From Lytechinus pictus (Eukaryota), in the NCBI RefSeq assembly GCF_037042905.1, contig NC_087245.1, forward strand, positions 33,854,001-33,918,000: DNA of 64,000 nt, read 5' to 3'. The stretch's first letter is position 1; each line of letters starts with the position of its first letter. Shown here in pieces: positions 1 to 12,849 of the stretch. Below the pieces are notes generated by a model, which was not told the origin of the DNA, did not search any database, and worked only from the letters and a program-made list of their open reading frames with translations. Both the position numbers and the translations under genes were made by a program.

Positions 1-1450
1 TAAAAATTGGCACCACTTTAACAAATTTCATTCGTTTTGGCACAATGCCAGATGTGAAAGATAGATTGAAAATGTGTACAAGGGGACTCACAATACCATG
101 CCCAATATCTTTAATCAGCTCATTTCTAATACCATAAAACCTAAGACTCTTATTGCTTTTCAGCGAGGTCACAAGTTCCAACAGTTTAACTTCATGTGTT
201 GGCAGTAAAAACAGACTTTCTGTATTTGTCTCTTGCATGGAATTACGAAAGTTCTTCATCTGACATCTAGGGATAGACTCCTGAAGTTTCAGCCCAACAT
301 TGAAAAAGAAATCATTAAACTTTTCAATTTGCCTATCTTTCACCGAACAACCATTTACATTAATACATTCAATATTGATAGTTTTTATGGGCGATTTAAA
401 AATACTTCTGATTACTTTCCAAGTAATTTTAATATTTTTGAATGTCATCTGAAAACGAGCAGAATAATATTGTTTCTTAATAGTACGTAATAAAGAGGCA
501 AGGATGTGTTTATAATTAGCATATTTTCTTCTATTTGAATCAGAACTCCTCTTTTTATATTGATAGTGTAATTTGGTTTTCTATTTGATAGACGTTAATA
601 TAGGCATACGTGGAACTTTATTTTAGTTATTCTTCTTATATTCAACTAGTGGAACATTCTCATCATAGAGCTACATAAATTTACTGAAGAAATTTTCAAA
701 GGCGTTTTCAATCATTCCAATTTGTTGTTAGTAGAGCTTCTCTCAAATAAGCAACATTTTCTGGAGTACTTCTGCGCACAGCTTTCCTGTCTTTGGGTTT
801 ACAATGTGGTCTTCCTAAAGGCAAATTACAATATACAGGAAAGTGGTCTGATATGTCAGATACTATTATCCCATAGATATGGTTGCACATTACAAAAATA
901 TTGTCAATCAAAGTACTTGAAACCTCTGTGATTCTGGTTTGTCTAGTGATAAGGGGCAGTAGGGAGAAGGACATTAGTATATTCAGGAAAAGATCAACTT
1001 GAGGTTCACTATTACAAAGTAAGAGGTTCAGATTATAATCTCCCATAAGATACACTGATTTTCCAACTAAAAGTGGATTGTTCAGTACGGACTGGAGTTC
1101 ATTTATGATATCATTAAAGTTTGAATTTGGAGGCCTGTATACCACAACTATAATCTGATTCTTTTTGCCAGAGTTATCGATCTCAACAAAAACAGTTTCT
1201 AGCTGATCAGACATAATATTAAGGTCCTGATGAACCTGGTGCTCTATTTGGGAAGGGATATACAGAGCAACGCCTCCCCCTCATTTGCTCGTCCGATTAT
1301 TATTTACAAGATTATAACCAGAAATTGTAAAAAGATTCCTTTCAACTTAACTGAAAAACCATGTTTCAGTGATACCAAGTGTTACCAATCCTGTACCACT
1401 ATTCTCAACAAATTTGAGCAGTCATAGCAATCAACATGATGATTGTGGTT
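1..1450 (-). mobile_element. Degenerate CR1/L2-group LINE ORF2 fragment (APE endonuclease and start of RT), running off the window start
   Basis: ORF 708..1214 has APE motifs VYRPPNS, LMGDYNLNLL, TLIDNIF and ISDHFPV. Bases 1-120 on the minus strand read ...SPLVHIFNLSFTSGIVPKRMKFVKVVPIF (RT start). Many stops and frameshifts; boundaries approximate. Confidence 0.85.
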
Positions 1451-2393
1451 CTAAATTCCATGAAATGAATCAACATGTTTGTGCATCCGACCACCATTTT
1501 TTATTCACTCTTACACCACTGTCATGAAATGGCAAAGCGATGGTTGTATGAGAGCATTTCAACTTTTCATATAAACTGGAACCAGAGACAAATCATTTCA
1601 GGAAGATTTCACATTATGGGGTCACATTACCATATACTTTATGAAATTGCCCAAATATCAAATAAAAAAAAAATTCTAATGTGGAATATGAAGTTGATTT
1701 ATTGCTCTTCTTATATGGAATACACCATGATGATTATTAATAGTTTCTTTTCTTGTTTTTTATTTAATTACTTGTTATTTTATAGGAGTAAATTTTGCTT
1801 ATATGATCATGAAAAGTATTTCATACAGAAAACGTCACTTGAGATGTAGTTTGGCATTAATTCATTATATTTGTTGTGTTTAGAAATCATTATTAAATCA
1901 AAGGTTTTTTCAGAATTGATAACATCAACTGAAGTTTGTGGATTCTGATGAGAAAAAATAAGGTCGAATCATCTGCAAACAAGATAAGGGACAAGATTTT
2001 GGATTATCTACAGAAATCATCTACAGAAATTGTGAAAAAAGCGTGCCCAATAAGCTAACCTGAGAGACTCCACAGTTAACATATTTTCAATTGACTACTT
2101 TGTTGACGAAAATCATCAGGGCATGAGTGATGTTGTGCTTTTCGCGAAACCCAAACTGAAAATCAGATATAATATTATGCATTGACAAAAAAAATCGGTT
2201 CTAACGTATACTATTATTTCAAGGGTCTTAGAAAATGTGGACAAACGAGAAATAATCGCTAGAGGGTATTCATTTGTCTCGCAATCTACTATGGTCAACA
2301 AGGAAATTCGTGATCACTCTCGCAAAAAGTGTTCACTGGCTTTCTAGGAAATTCGTGATCACTCTCGCAAAAAGTGTTCACTAGCTTACAAGT

Positions 2394-2434
2394 TCACGAG
2401 CTTTCGAGTGCCGCTGCAACTCTTTATCAAGTGA
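2394..2434 (-). ncRNA. Minimal type I hammerhead ribozyme variant in the Penelope pLTR
   Basis: Minus strand reads TCAC-TTGATAAA-GAGTTGCAGCGGCACTC-GAAAGCTC-GTGA: stem I TCAC/GTGA, variant CUGANGA core, stem II GAG(T)TGC/GCACTC, then GAAA with a minimal stem III and UC cleavage site. Confidence 0.8.
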
Positions 2435-2458
2435 CGAAAATTATCTGATGACGTACTC

Positions 2459-2610
2459 TATTTATACTAATCTCCAGGACCGTACGCACGAACGCGAGAA
2501 CAATAGGTGGGCATTGATCCGTTGCGTCGGATGCGGTGCGGCCGGTAATCCGTATATGCAAATAAGCCGGGGGTATATGCAAATACGCCGTGGGTCGGCA
2601 ATATGCAAAT
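2459..2610 (-). promoter_or_regulatory. Candidate pLTR promoter: TATAAATA box and three octamer (ATGCAAAT) motifs
   Basis: TATAAATA on the minus strand at 2459-2466, ~25 nt upstream of the hammerhead. ATGCAAAT (plus strand) at 2556, 2577 and 2603. Confidence 0.45.
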
Positions 2611-2631
2611 TAGACAAATTTGGCGGGCTCG

Positions 2632-4168
2632 CTAGTTTCCCGTGGGCGGGGGCTGACTAGCTGAGCGGTCCCTCGTTCGGGGCCGGGAACGATCGGGTCG
2701 GCGTGCACTGCCAGGTAAGGGGGTATTGTGCTGTCGGATGGTTCGCATCCAGAAGTCGGGGATGTCGATCCCGCTGTCTCTGTTGAAGTTGTTAGGACAA
2801 AGACGTATACTAATAGCCTCCTTAATCCTGCGTGTATACCAATGTCTCTCTTTGGCAATGCAATGTACACCCTCCCAATCTGGGTGGTGTTGCTTCTCCC
2901 AAGCATGTTCTGCCACCGCGGATGTGTCGGTTCGCTGTAACCGAACATCGCGCTTGTGTTCAGAAATGCGTTCAACTATCGGTCGGGCTGTTTCTCCGAT
3001 GTAAGACCCGTCACATCCCTGGCATGGAATGTTGTATACTACGCCATCACGTCTGTGATCAGGAATAGGGTCTTTGGGGTGTACAAGCTGTTTGTGTAAG
3101 GTGGTGTCCGAGCGGAAAACCGTTCGGATACCGTGACCTTCTAATCGGCGTTTAAGTTGTTGTGAGAGGCCATCTATGTATGGCAAGACTGTGCAAGTCT
3201 TGAAAACCTTCTGATCCCTTGGTGGTTGTTTTTTCTTGAAAGTGTTCTTGATAAAACGGCGTGGGTAGCCGTTGCTGTACAAGGCGCCACGTATGTGTGC
3301 TCTTTCTTTCGGGAGTTCAGGTGGGTGAGTTATGATACGTGCTGCTCTGTCGAACAGGCATTTAACAAGACCCTTCTTGACCGATTTGTCGTGATGAGAA
3401 TCATATGGTATGTATTGGTATGTATGAGTGGGCTTGCGGTAGACAGAGGTGGAGAGTTTCCCGCCCTCGTGTCTTTGGACTAGTGTGTCAAGGAATGCTA
3501 ATTTCCCTCCTTGCTCAGTCTCCAGAGTGAACTGGATGGACGGTTGCTGGCTATTCATGTATGAGAGTAGGCTGTCTGTTTCGGATCTATTTACGATTAT
3601 GAAAGTGTCATCGACGTATCTCTTCCACACCCGAGGGTGGCATGTGGAAGGACACTTGGGCAAAGCGTTCTGTTCAAAACCTTCCATATATAGGTTAGCC
3701 ACAACCGCTGAGACTGGGCTACCCATTGCTGCTCCTTCTGTTTGCTCATAGAAAGAGCCTCTGTACAGAAAATATGTGGACCTGAGGACGAACTCCAGGA
3801 GTTCGGCTATTTGTTCGGGCATAAGTGTGGTACGTTCTGATAATGTGGGATCGGATTGCATGCGTTGCAGGGTCGTACTGCATGCGCCCTCTATCGGTAC
3901 GTTAGTGAAGAGGGAGACTACATCAAAAGAGATCATGGATTCCTGTTCGTTAACTGTCTGCTCCGATGTGAATTCAGCGAATTCACTGGAGTTGGAAACC
4001 GTGTGTTCTGAGCAGTTAGTGAGAGGGGACAGGATGTCCGCCAGGTACTTTGATAGGTTATAGGCAAATGAACCTATGCATGATACTATTGGTCTGAGGG
4101 GTATCCCGGGTTTGTGTATTTTGGGCAACCCGTATATTCTAGGTGGCTGTTTCTGTGTGGGCTTTATC
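2632..4168 (-). CDS. Penelope-like reverse transcriptase with C-terminal GIY-YIG endonuclease (N-terminally truncated, uninterrupted ~510 aa)
   Basis: Motifs IYGLPKIHKP..PLRPIVS, SFDVVSLFTNVP, AMGSPVS, RYVDDTF, LAFLDT, VYRKPTHT and GVVYNIPCQGCDGSYIGET (GIY-YIG). Confidence 0.93.
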
Positions 4169-7100
4169 TTTCCTAGAAAGCCAGTGAACACTTTTTGCGA
4201 GAGTGATCACGAATTTCCTTGTTGACCATAGTAGATTGCGAGACAAATGAATACCCTCTAGCGATTATTTCAATCCGCAATAATGAACCTATTTAGTATT
4301 ATAAACGAGAAATAGGTCGCAAGTAGACTGACAAGTAGTTACCGACATCCAAATTATCACCTTTTTCAATAAAGGAATTACCTTGGCTATCTTCATTTGA
4401 ATTGGAACTGTACCAGTTTCTAAGGAAAGATTGAATGTATGCACCAATGGGGCAACAACTTTTATTACCGATTTTAAAATGAAATTATTAATTTCATTAA
4501 AGCCAGGGCTTTTTTATTTTTCAAGGCAGATACAATATCAATAACTTAAAAAAATATTGAATTTTGGTGGGGGCCGAGATAGTCCGAAAAAACTTTTCGT
4601 CGCGGGAGGAATATCTTTAGCCAAATTTGCGCAAATACAAGAGAAATGGTTATTAAAAGTATTTGAAAGGATGTCAGCATCATCAACAATAACATTATTA
4701 ACTATATTTTTGGAAATATTTGATTTATTATTGGACAAGTTCATGGTGTGTTTTAGAACCTTACACGTGCTTTGCATGTCGTGTTTTATAGAGCCAACTG
4801 CCTCGCAAAGTAATTTTTCTTTTCAATGCGGAATAATTTAGTGAGTGTATAGGATGTGTATTTCATTTTTGATTGCTCATGTACCTTTCATTTTGAATTA
4901 ATAAAATAAGTCACTTTTCTATTAATCGCACGCAAGATAGATGGCGATATCCAGTGTGATTTAGGAATATTTTGTATGTTTTTGTATTTTGTACGCTTAT
5001 CTTTTTTAACGGTATATGCAGGTCTAATTTCGCAATAAATATATTCATAAAAAGGTTAAAGGACACATCATCTTCAGAATTGTATACAGCTGACCAGACG
5101 ACATTATCCAAAGAAGCACCTAAACTGGCTGTATTTTCGTGCGTAGGTCTGCGTCTTCGTTGTTGGGAGTGTATAGGTCTAGTTGGGCGTCTTAATGAAA
5201 AAATGAGTAAGAATCAGCAAAGGGTCGGGTATGTTAGAAAGTATTATAGAAGAATCTGGAGGGGAAAATTTTACAGAAAAAATATCATCAATAAGTGTAG
5301 CAGTTTTATTAACTACACGAGTAGGTCTAGAAATCAGAGGTAAGAAGGATGCCGGAAGGAAGTCTTGAGATATATTGTTGTGTTTCAATAAATCAATGTT
5401 AAAATCACATATAAGTACTTGATCCTTATCAACAAGAGCTGGATTATTTGTTGTTTCGGAAAGGTAAGTTAGAAAGTCATTCGTATTTGAGTTTCGGGGT
5501 CTATAAACTACACCAATAATCATATTTTTGCTATCAGGAATATTAATTTCAATTAATAGAGATTGTACAGTGTGGTTCATGGATTTGAAATAATCAAAAA
5601 CCGTATAGCCATAGTCGTGTGAAATATAGAACGCTACCCCACCCCCAGTTCTGTCTTCTCGGTTATTTGTTATGAAATCATAACCTTTTAATAAAAAAAA
5701 AGGTTGGTTTCATTCACACGATAGCCATGTTTCGGTGAGGCCAATTAGAGAAAAGGTACACTTTTTTTAATGGGAAGACTTGTTCAAAAGTAACTGAAGC
5801 TCATCAAAATGTTTATTCAAACTTCTTAAATTGGCATGCATTATGCAGAATGTATCTTTATTAACATTTTTGTAAGGTTATTTACCTGATGTTGCTTAAT
5901 ATACTCAGTAGAGGGATTTTGCACTATATTATGATCCTGTTCAAAATCGAGATCTAATTCTTCCGAAGCTAAGTTTATAAACACAACATCAAAAGTAAGC
6001 CCCCCCCCCCCCAAAGAACCCTATCAAATCGTCCAGTATAACAAATCATTCAAGTTGAAACCAAGCATGGGATATAGCTAGGGTTGTTAGGAAGTGGTTT
6101 TTCGAAAATTAGCGACATCCGTGACTTAACGGATGAATGAGCACACCATGAACTAAATGATGACACTTTTCAAAAACAGCAAATCTGCGTTTTAATGATT
6201 TGTTTTTTAAATATCTTGTGTTATGTCCGGTAAAGTGTTGATCAAGGTCATATAAAAGGCAGTCAAGCAAAATAATAGAGCGAGGGGAGAAGGCAAAGAA
6301 CACTAAACACATAGTAAAGAAGGACGAGAAGGCGCAACACAAAGGATTCTTACACAAAGCCGAGAACGAAGGGCAAAGACATCTAAGTGTGAAGGGTGCA
6401 AAGTCAATGAGAACGGAACGAGTAAAGGTTGCACGGGCCTAATCACAACTGGCAGGCCAAAGATATTCATTCGAGCCAACCCATAGCTCAATTTTTAAAT
6501 TTGATATTACTGATTGACAAAAATGAATGAATATGACTAACAATCTAACACTGATTCTAGGGAGGGTACCTACTGAACTTCCTCTTTCCAAATTGGAAAG
6601 ATATATCACCACTATGAAACGATATTTTTACTGGCGGGAGAATTAGGGCCATTTTACTTTCTCAAGTTATGAATTCGATCCCGTCAGGTGTAGTCTTCAT
6701 AAATGCTGATTTATTTTTAAAAGGAGCCGGTCGAGGTACCCTTTTCTGGTCAGATATGGAATGTCAGACATTTATCATATCCACTGGTAGTAAACATTCA
6801 ACCCGCGAATTTCCTCCTTTTTTTTTATGAATTCTTTTTAAGTGCCACTTTAACACACGAGTCTATGGGAAATGAATTAGGCATGTGATGCCTATAAGCA
6901 AAATATGCTAACCGACAGATATTGGCGGAGGACACAAAGTTAGAAGCTTCAAAATAAAAATAAAATATGTAGTGAGATACATCTAAATAGCAAATTCAAA
7001 TGTTAAGATATTATTTCAAGTACGTATAGTAAAGTCGATTTTGCGTGCATAAAATATACAATATAATCATAAGACTTGAAAGTCGACATTAAGACCGACG

Positions 7101-7239
7101 TTAGAAAGGAATATTACAATTCTGTAAAGCCAACCAATATAAGTTAGGCACAAAATGACAGACATATAGATCAAGCGAATTTTCTAACACAAAGTCGATT
7201 ATTCAAATAGAAGTTAATAATAAAATAGACGATAATTAA

Positions 7240-7842
7240 AGGACAAGTCCACCCCAACAAAAAGTTGATTTGAAAAAAGGAGAAAAATCCAACAAGCAAA
7301 ACACTGAAAATTTCATCAAAATCGGATGTATAATAAGAAAGTTATGACATTTTAAAGTTTCGCTTAATTTCACAAAACAGTTATATGCACATCCTGGTCG
7401 GTATGCAAATTGGCAGACTAATGATGTCACCCACTCACTATTTCTTTTGTATTTTATTATATGAAATATGAAATATTCTAATTTTTTCCTCCTTGTCAAG
7501 TGAAACAAAGTTTTATTTCTCCCTGTACATGTGGAATTACCACTATTTTAACATTTTATGGTTGAGTTAAGTTGGTCCTTATTGTCAAATCTGTAAAACT
7601 TGAAATATTGTATTATTCAAACAATAAAAAACAAAATAAATAGTGAGTGATGGACATCATCGACTCTCTCATTTGCATATCGCTGAGTTGTGCATTTAAC
7701 TGTTTTGTGAAAAATAAGCGCAACTTTAAAATGTCATAACTTTCTTATTTTACATCCGATTTCGATGAAATTTGCAGCGTTATGTTTGTTTGATTTTTCT
7801 CTATCGATTTAAATCAACAATTTTCTGGGGTGGACTTGACCT
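7240..7842. mobile_element. Non-autonomous Kolobok-like DNA transposon (MITE), complete
   Basis: TTAA on both sides (7236-39, 7843-46). Termini AGGACAAGTCCACCCC / GGGGTGGACTTGACCT, with long imperfect inverted arms. Confidence 0.8.
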
Positions 7843-8199
7843 TTAAGTTCTAATGCAAGCATGTAATAAATGATCAAGAGCTCACAATGAAAACCGTACT
7901 TTTTTTCTAATAGAAGAATGTTGGCATTGCAAAGGTGAACAATAAAAAAGACAAAAAATAGTACAAGAGTAACACGACAGAGTAACGAGTATGGCCTTCA
8001 TGACACCAATCAAACAGCTTAATTAACTATGCACATCTTTAGCACTCTTTTATCATGATAAATTGTAAGACATTATAATGATTATGATTAGGAATACGAC
8101 ATGCATGGCATGATATTAAGTGAACATATTTGAGCATAAGTCCACTTTGTATTCTAAGAATCGATCAAGAATACCAATACAAAAAAAAATCACCAAATA

Positions 8200-11110
8200 C
8201 TCGGTAAGCATGCCTTTGGAATAGTCAGTCAGTTCGCAACAAGAGTGTTCTACTGTGTGACTTGATCATCGACAATGACTTTGACATCGCATTCCTGACA
8301 GAGACTTGGCTTCAGCAGGATGACCGGGTCATCCTTGGTGAGAGTTGTCCACCTGGCTTTTCCGTTCTCAGTGTTCCTCGAAAAACTTCTTGTCGTGGTG
8401 GAGGGATCGCTGCGGTGTATGATAGCAATGTAAAGCTGCAGGATTGTTCTGATGCCCTCCCTGAAGTAAGCTCCTTTGAGTTTGCTCTATTCAGAAACCC
8501 ACAAGTCAATTTTCTTGTTATCTACAGGCCACCTTTTGGATCTCTGCCATCATCAACATTTTTTGAAGAATTTGAGGAAGTACTCAGCTGTGCAGATCTG
8601 CTACCAAACAGACTTGTGGTCATGGGAGATTTTAACTTTCACATGGACTGTCCAAGCAAGCCTGAGGTCAGAAACTTCAACTTGTTGCTTACCTCACTTA
8701 ACTTTAAGCAGCTTGTTCAAGGATCCACTCATCGTTTTGGACATGCTCGTCATCGTTAATAAGGACAGTGATAATATCATCCAGACATGCTTCCTTGATC
8801 AGATCCTCCTCTCTGATCGCTCATATGATAAAGTTTGATCTTGATCTAAAGAAGCCAGTTACCTCTAGTGACGTTCGTGTTCTCAGAAAGTTGAAGTCAA
8901 TAGATCATGATCTGTTTTCTAAGGATCTTTCTAAAAGGATGAACTCAATAATGGAATGTATTAAATAGTAGTGACATAGATGATCTTGTGCTACAATACA
9001 ACAAAGCTTGTCGTGAAGTCTTGGACGCCCATGCCCCTGCATCGACAAGGTCAATGTCTGTTCGGGTGAAAGTACACCGATGAAGTGAATGAAGCCCGAC
9101 GTACCAGACGACGTGCTGAGAGACGTTGGCGCAAAGAAAAGTCAGATGCTAATTATAGACTTTATATTGAGGCCCAGCGGAATGTAGTCGATGTTGTTGT
9201 TTCTGCTAAGAAAGACTATTATCATAACAAACTTTCTACGTGTAATACTAAGGACCTGTATTGTATCAGACTGTCAACGAATTATTCAATGCCAGTAGTA
9301 ATGTCCTTCCTGTGTCTCCCATGCAGCTCTTCAGATCTTGCTGAAAGTTTCTCAGATCATTTTGCCAGTAAAGTTTCTAAAATTGTGGAGGGCACTGTTC
9401 CAACTGATTGTAGTGTATCTAACGTATCTTCAAATACATGTAAAGTTGATTCAACTCTTGATAAATTTGATATTGTGAGTGAGAATGTCTTACTACGTGT
9501 GATTTCTTAGTGTTCCTCAAAATCTTGCACTTTGGATCCCATGCCTACATGGTTGGTAAAGAAACATTTGTCTGTTTTACTCCCAATACTTTCACGTATC
9601 CTGAATCTGTCAATGTCTAATGGAGTCTTAGATCGTCCATTATAACACCGGTTTTCAAGAAGTCTGCTCTGGACAAAGATAGTTTAGGTAGTTATAGACC
9701 TGTGTCTAACATGCAATTTGTAGGCAAAGTGATTGAAAAGGCCGTTTCCAAACGGGTATCTACTTTTGTTACACAGAATAATTTACTTGATCCAATGCAC
9801 TCTGCATATCGTGAGGCACATAGCACTGAATCTGCACTGATTAGTCTTCAGAATAATATGAATTGTGCAATTGACAATAAGCAAGCTGTTTTCTTATTAA
9901 TGCTTGACCTCTCATCTGCCTTTGATACGGTAGATCACAAAATCCTTTTGCAAAGGTTGGCTGATGACTTTGGCCTAGGTAATAATGCTCTTTCCTGGTT
10001 AAAATCGTATCTTAGCAACAGGTCTAGTCGAGTACACATAAAAGGGTCACTTTCAAGTGAGAAACCATTAGAATATGGTATACTGCAAGGATCAATTATC
10101 GGGCCTCAGTTGTTTACATACTACATCGGTAATATTGGGAACATCATCAGTCGGCAATCAATCCAGTATCATGTTTATGCCGATGACATTCAGATGTTCA
10201 CCACTTTTGATCCTACCAAGCCTGGAGATGCAGCCTGCGTGTATTTTCGGATTTCAAAATGTTTGTCTGACATTTAGTCGTGGCTTATTGATAATAAATT
10301 GAAATCAAATTATTGTAAAACAGAGTCCTTTGTTGCTGCATCTTCTGCATGCCTTAATCGGTTCCTTGACCTTTCTTTTTCTTTTGATGACATTGATGAT
10401 ATTCCAATATCTTCAACCATTAATGATTAAGGAGTTGTTTTTGATAGTGAAATGAAAATGACCGAACATGTAACATACTTGTGTCGTACTCTCAACCGGC
10501 AAATATATAATCTCAATCGCATTAGAAGTTTCCTGGATAAGGACACGTGTCATAATGTTGTTAGGGCACTTGTGCTTTCCAGGCTCGACTATGGTGGTTG
10601 CTTGCTTGGGGGTATTAGTAAACAAGATCTTGGAAGACTTCAACGCCTTCAGAAAAAATGTGCACGATTAATCTGTCAAAAACCAAAATGGTGTCATGCT
10701 ACCCCTCTTCTGAATGAACTGAATTGGCTACCTGTTTCTGATAGAATACATTTATATATCGAATACTTGTTCAAACCTATAAATCTCTGTCAACCACACT
10801 ACCTTCTTACATTTCTTCATTATTTCAGCAACAAAGATCTACATACTCTCAGCGTTATGCAGCTGCTCCTTCCTATGTCATTCCAAAATCCAGAAAAATA
10901 GCCGATTTCAACTCCTTTCAATCTCTTGCCCCCCGTCTTTGGAACAAAACTCCCTCCATCTCTTCTAAACCTCTCTTCTCTTGACCTCTTCAAAAACATC
11001 TCAAAACACACTTATATAACCATAAACCTTAACTTGTCTTATGCCATCAACAGCGCTTTGTATCCTCTGGAAAAAGCGCTATATCAATCAAATTATTATT
11101 ATCATTATTT
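8200..11110 (+). mobile_element. L2-clade LINE, ORF2 pseudogene (APE + RT) with 3' tail
   Basis: FLTETWL, VIYRPP, MGDFNFH; LDLSSAFDTVDH, QGSIIGPQLF, YADDIQ, LVLSRLDY, LNWLPV. 3' end AGCGCTTTG...AAAGCGCTATAT followed by (ATT)n. Multiple frameshifts. Confidence 0.92.
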
Positions 11111-11652
11111 ATTATTTTATAGGTGTGGCTAGAGCGAGCAAAAAAAATGGGAGTTAATGAATTGAAAGAAAAGGCCATGCCCAACATGTTTAAACACCAT
11201 TGAAAGAAGAGGCCATGCCCAACATGTTCAAACACCAAACAAATAATAGAAAAGGAAGGGTACAGAAAAGGAAGGGTACAATTTTGGTGAAACCAGCCGC
11301 TGGAAGATATTATCACAAAATGGCAGACATTACTACTAGTATATCAAGCAAATTATTTAAACAAAAATGTCGATTATTCAACTTGAAATCGATAGTAAAA
11401 CAGACAATAAACAGTGATGCAAGCATGCTTGGCATGATCACAGGCTCAAAAGTAAACAGATTTTTACTCATTCTCTAATTGGGTAATGTTAATGTTACAA
11501 GAATAAAGGGGTAAGTCAAGCATGGCATTAATCGAAACTGAAGACATTTGTAGTTGATGATTTGCATATCTTTAGCGCTCTTATTTCATCTGCACCTGCA
11601 TAGTTAGAAAACCAAATGATTTTCTACATAATATATTACAAAGACATATTGC

Positions 11653-11888
11653 CTATGTACTTGTATCGGCGCCATCCATCTGAATAATGGAAGAAAATGC
11701 TACTAGGAATTGAGTCAGGCTGAAACCGATTATGCCACCTGCGACAGCGTCCGGGAGATAGTCTTCAAGGAACCTGAGCTGTGGGTATAAGGCTGTAACC
11801 TGTCCTGGATCTCCCTTAATGAGAAAGAATATAAGGCATGGTACCAGGTCATCTCCGCCTACTTGGTAATCATCGACACCCATTTTAC
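11653..11888 (-). CDS. VPS9-domain protein, last coding exon (catalytic part of the VPS9 Rab-GEF domain)
   Basis: CAG acceptor at 11889-91, phase 1. Reads RKMGVDDYQVGGDDLVPCLIFFLIK...LRFLEDYL...GIIGFSLTQFLVAF, matching the VPS9 GADDLLP and G..GY.LT motifs. Ends in TAG. Confidence 0.85.
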
Positions 11889-12200
11889 CTGTTGATCATA
11901 AAGAAAGTATCAGGAATAATGATTACCAAAACCAGACACCAAATCGTCTTGACTGATATAGGAATTAGAGTGTGCTTGGTAACTATATAGAAGGCATGGT
12001 CTTGAACAAGAAAGAGAAGTGAGGAATGAAAAGAGGACTTATTTGATAATCAGAGAACAGATAGATTGCATTAAGCAATTTGGTTGCCGTTTGATTTACC
12101 GACAGAACATCAAGTCGGTGAAATTAGAAAAGATGGAAATAATAATTATCATAATGTAATATAGTTATTATAATATCAGTGAATCTCCAATAACACTTAC

Positions 12201-12849
12201 GTGACACCTGTTCTTTTACCGACTCAGTCAAAGCTTGAAGACACATGACCAACAAGCGAAGCTTTGCCAAAGGGAACCTTTCTTGTAACACCATCCTCAG
12301 ACAACAGTATGGCTGGCTGAACATTTCTTCAAAACTCAAAGGTCCTTCCAGCAAACTGTTTGTGCTATACCTCTCTTGTCCAGGATTAGGAAGGGTGCCC
12401 TGTCTTTCAGAACGCCCGTTTCGAAATTCTGCCATGATGACAGAGAGATTGTCGATATCTGCCGAAAAAAGTGTCACATCACGCAAGAATGGGTACAAGT
12501 TTTCCATCTCCTCAACCAGATTTGATGTCACAGATGTAAGTGAGATACTGTCCGCATTTCCGTCGTTTTCCCCTACATCTTCACAGCTGGCATCCTCTTT
12601 TACCTTCTGGCTACTGACCTGACGAAGATCTTCCACTGTCGTTGATTCTCTGTTAAATCCATGTATAGATGATTTGTAAGACACTGGCCTAGTGGAATCT
12701 TCATCAGTTTGGGTAGTCTTTTGTGTGATTTGTGATGTAGAGATTTCGAGAGAAGACTGGTTCATGTCAATGACTCGTACACTTCTTCGCTTTCTTTTCC
12801 TGGGATCATCTCGTGAGTGGCGCAGCTTTACCTCTCCTTCATATTCGAG
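12201..12849 (-). CDS. VPS9-domain protein, penultimate exon (low-complexity linker and first VPS9 helices)
   Basis: Acceptor ttcatgcag|CTC GAA TAT; donor C|gtaagt. 649 nt, phase 0 to 1, compatible with the last exon. Contains ...LQERFPLAKLRLLVMCLQAL. Confidence 0.8.

Larger units (their letters stand above)
2249..4271 (-). mobile_element. Penelope-like retroelement (Penelope/Poseidon type), 5'-truncated, with 103-bp inverted terminal repeats
   Basis: RT + GIY-YIG ORF. 2249-2351 is the reverse complement of 4169-4271. The 12-mer AAACGAGAAATA occurs at 2243-2254 and 4303-4314 (candidate TSD). Hammerhead motif in the 3' pLTR. Confidence 0.93.
2030..5900 (-). mobile_element. Second degenerate CR1/L2-group LINE (EN plus partial RT), interrupted by the Penelope-like insertion at 2255-4302
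   Basis: ORF 5179..5580 has GVVYRP, DFNIDLL and TLIDDIF. Joining the flanks across the insertion restores RPISRLSTFSKTLEIIV, the RT motif YRPISLL..FSK..E. Confidence 0.85.

Noticed and set aside
2610..4063. Antisense and overlapping ORFs on the Penelope element
   Set aside because: Shadow ORFs of a GC-richer coding region, with no motifs.
4169..4191. N-terminus MFTGFLGK of the 519-aa ORF as a true start
   Set aside because: It is read from the inverted repeat joined to the truncated RT and uses a non-ATG start.
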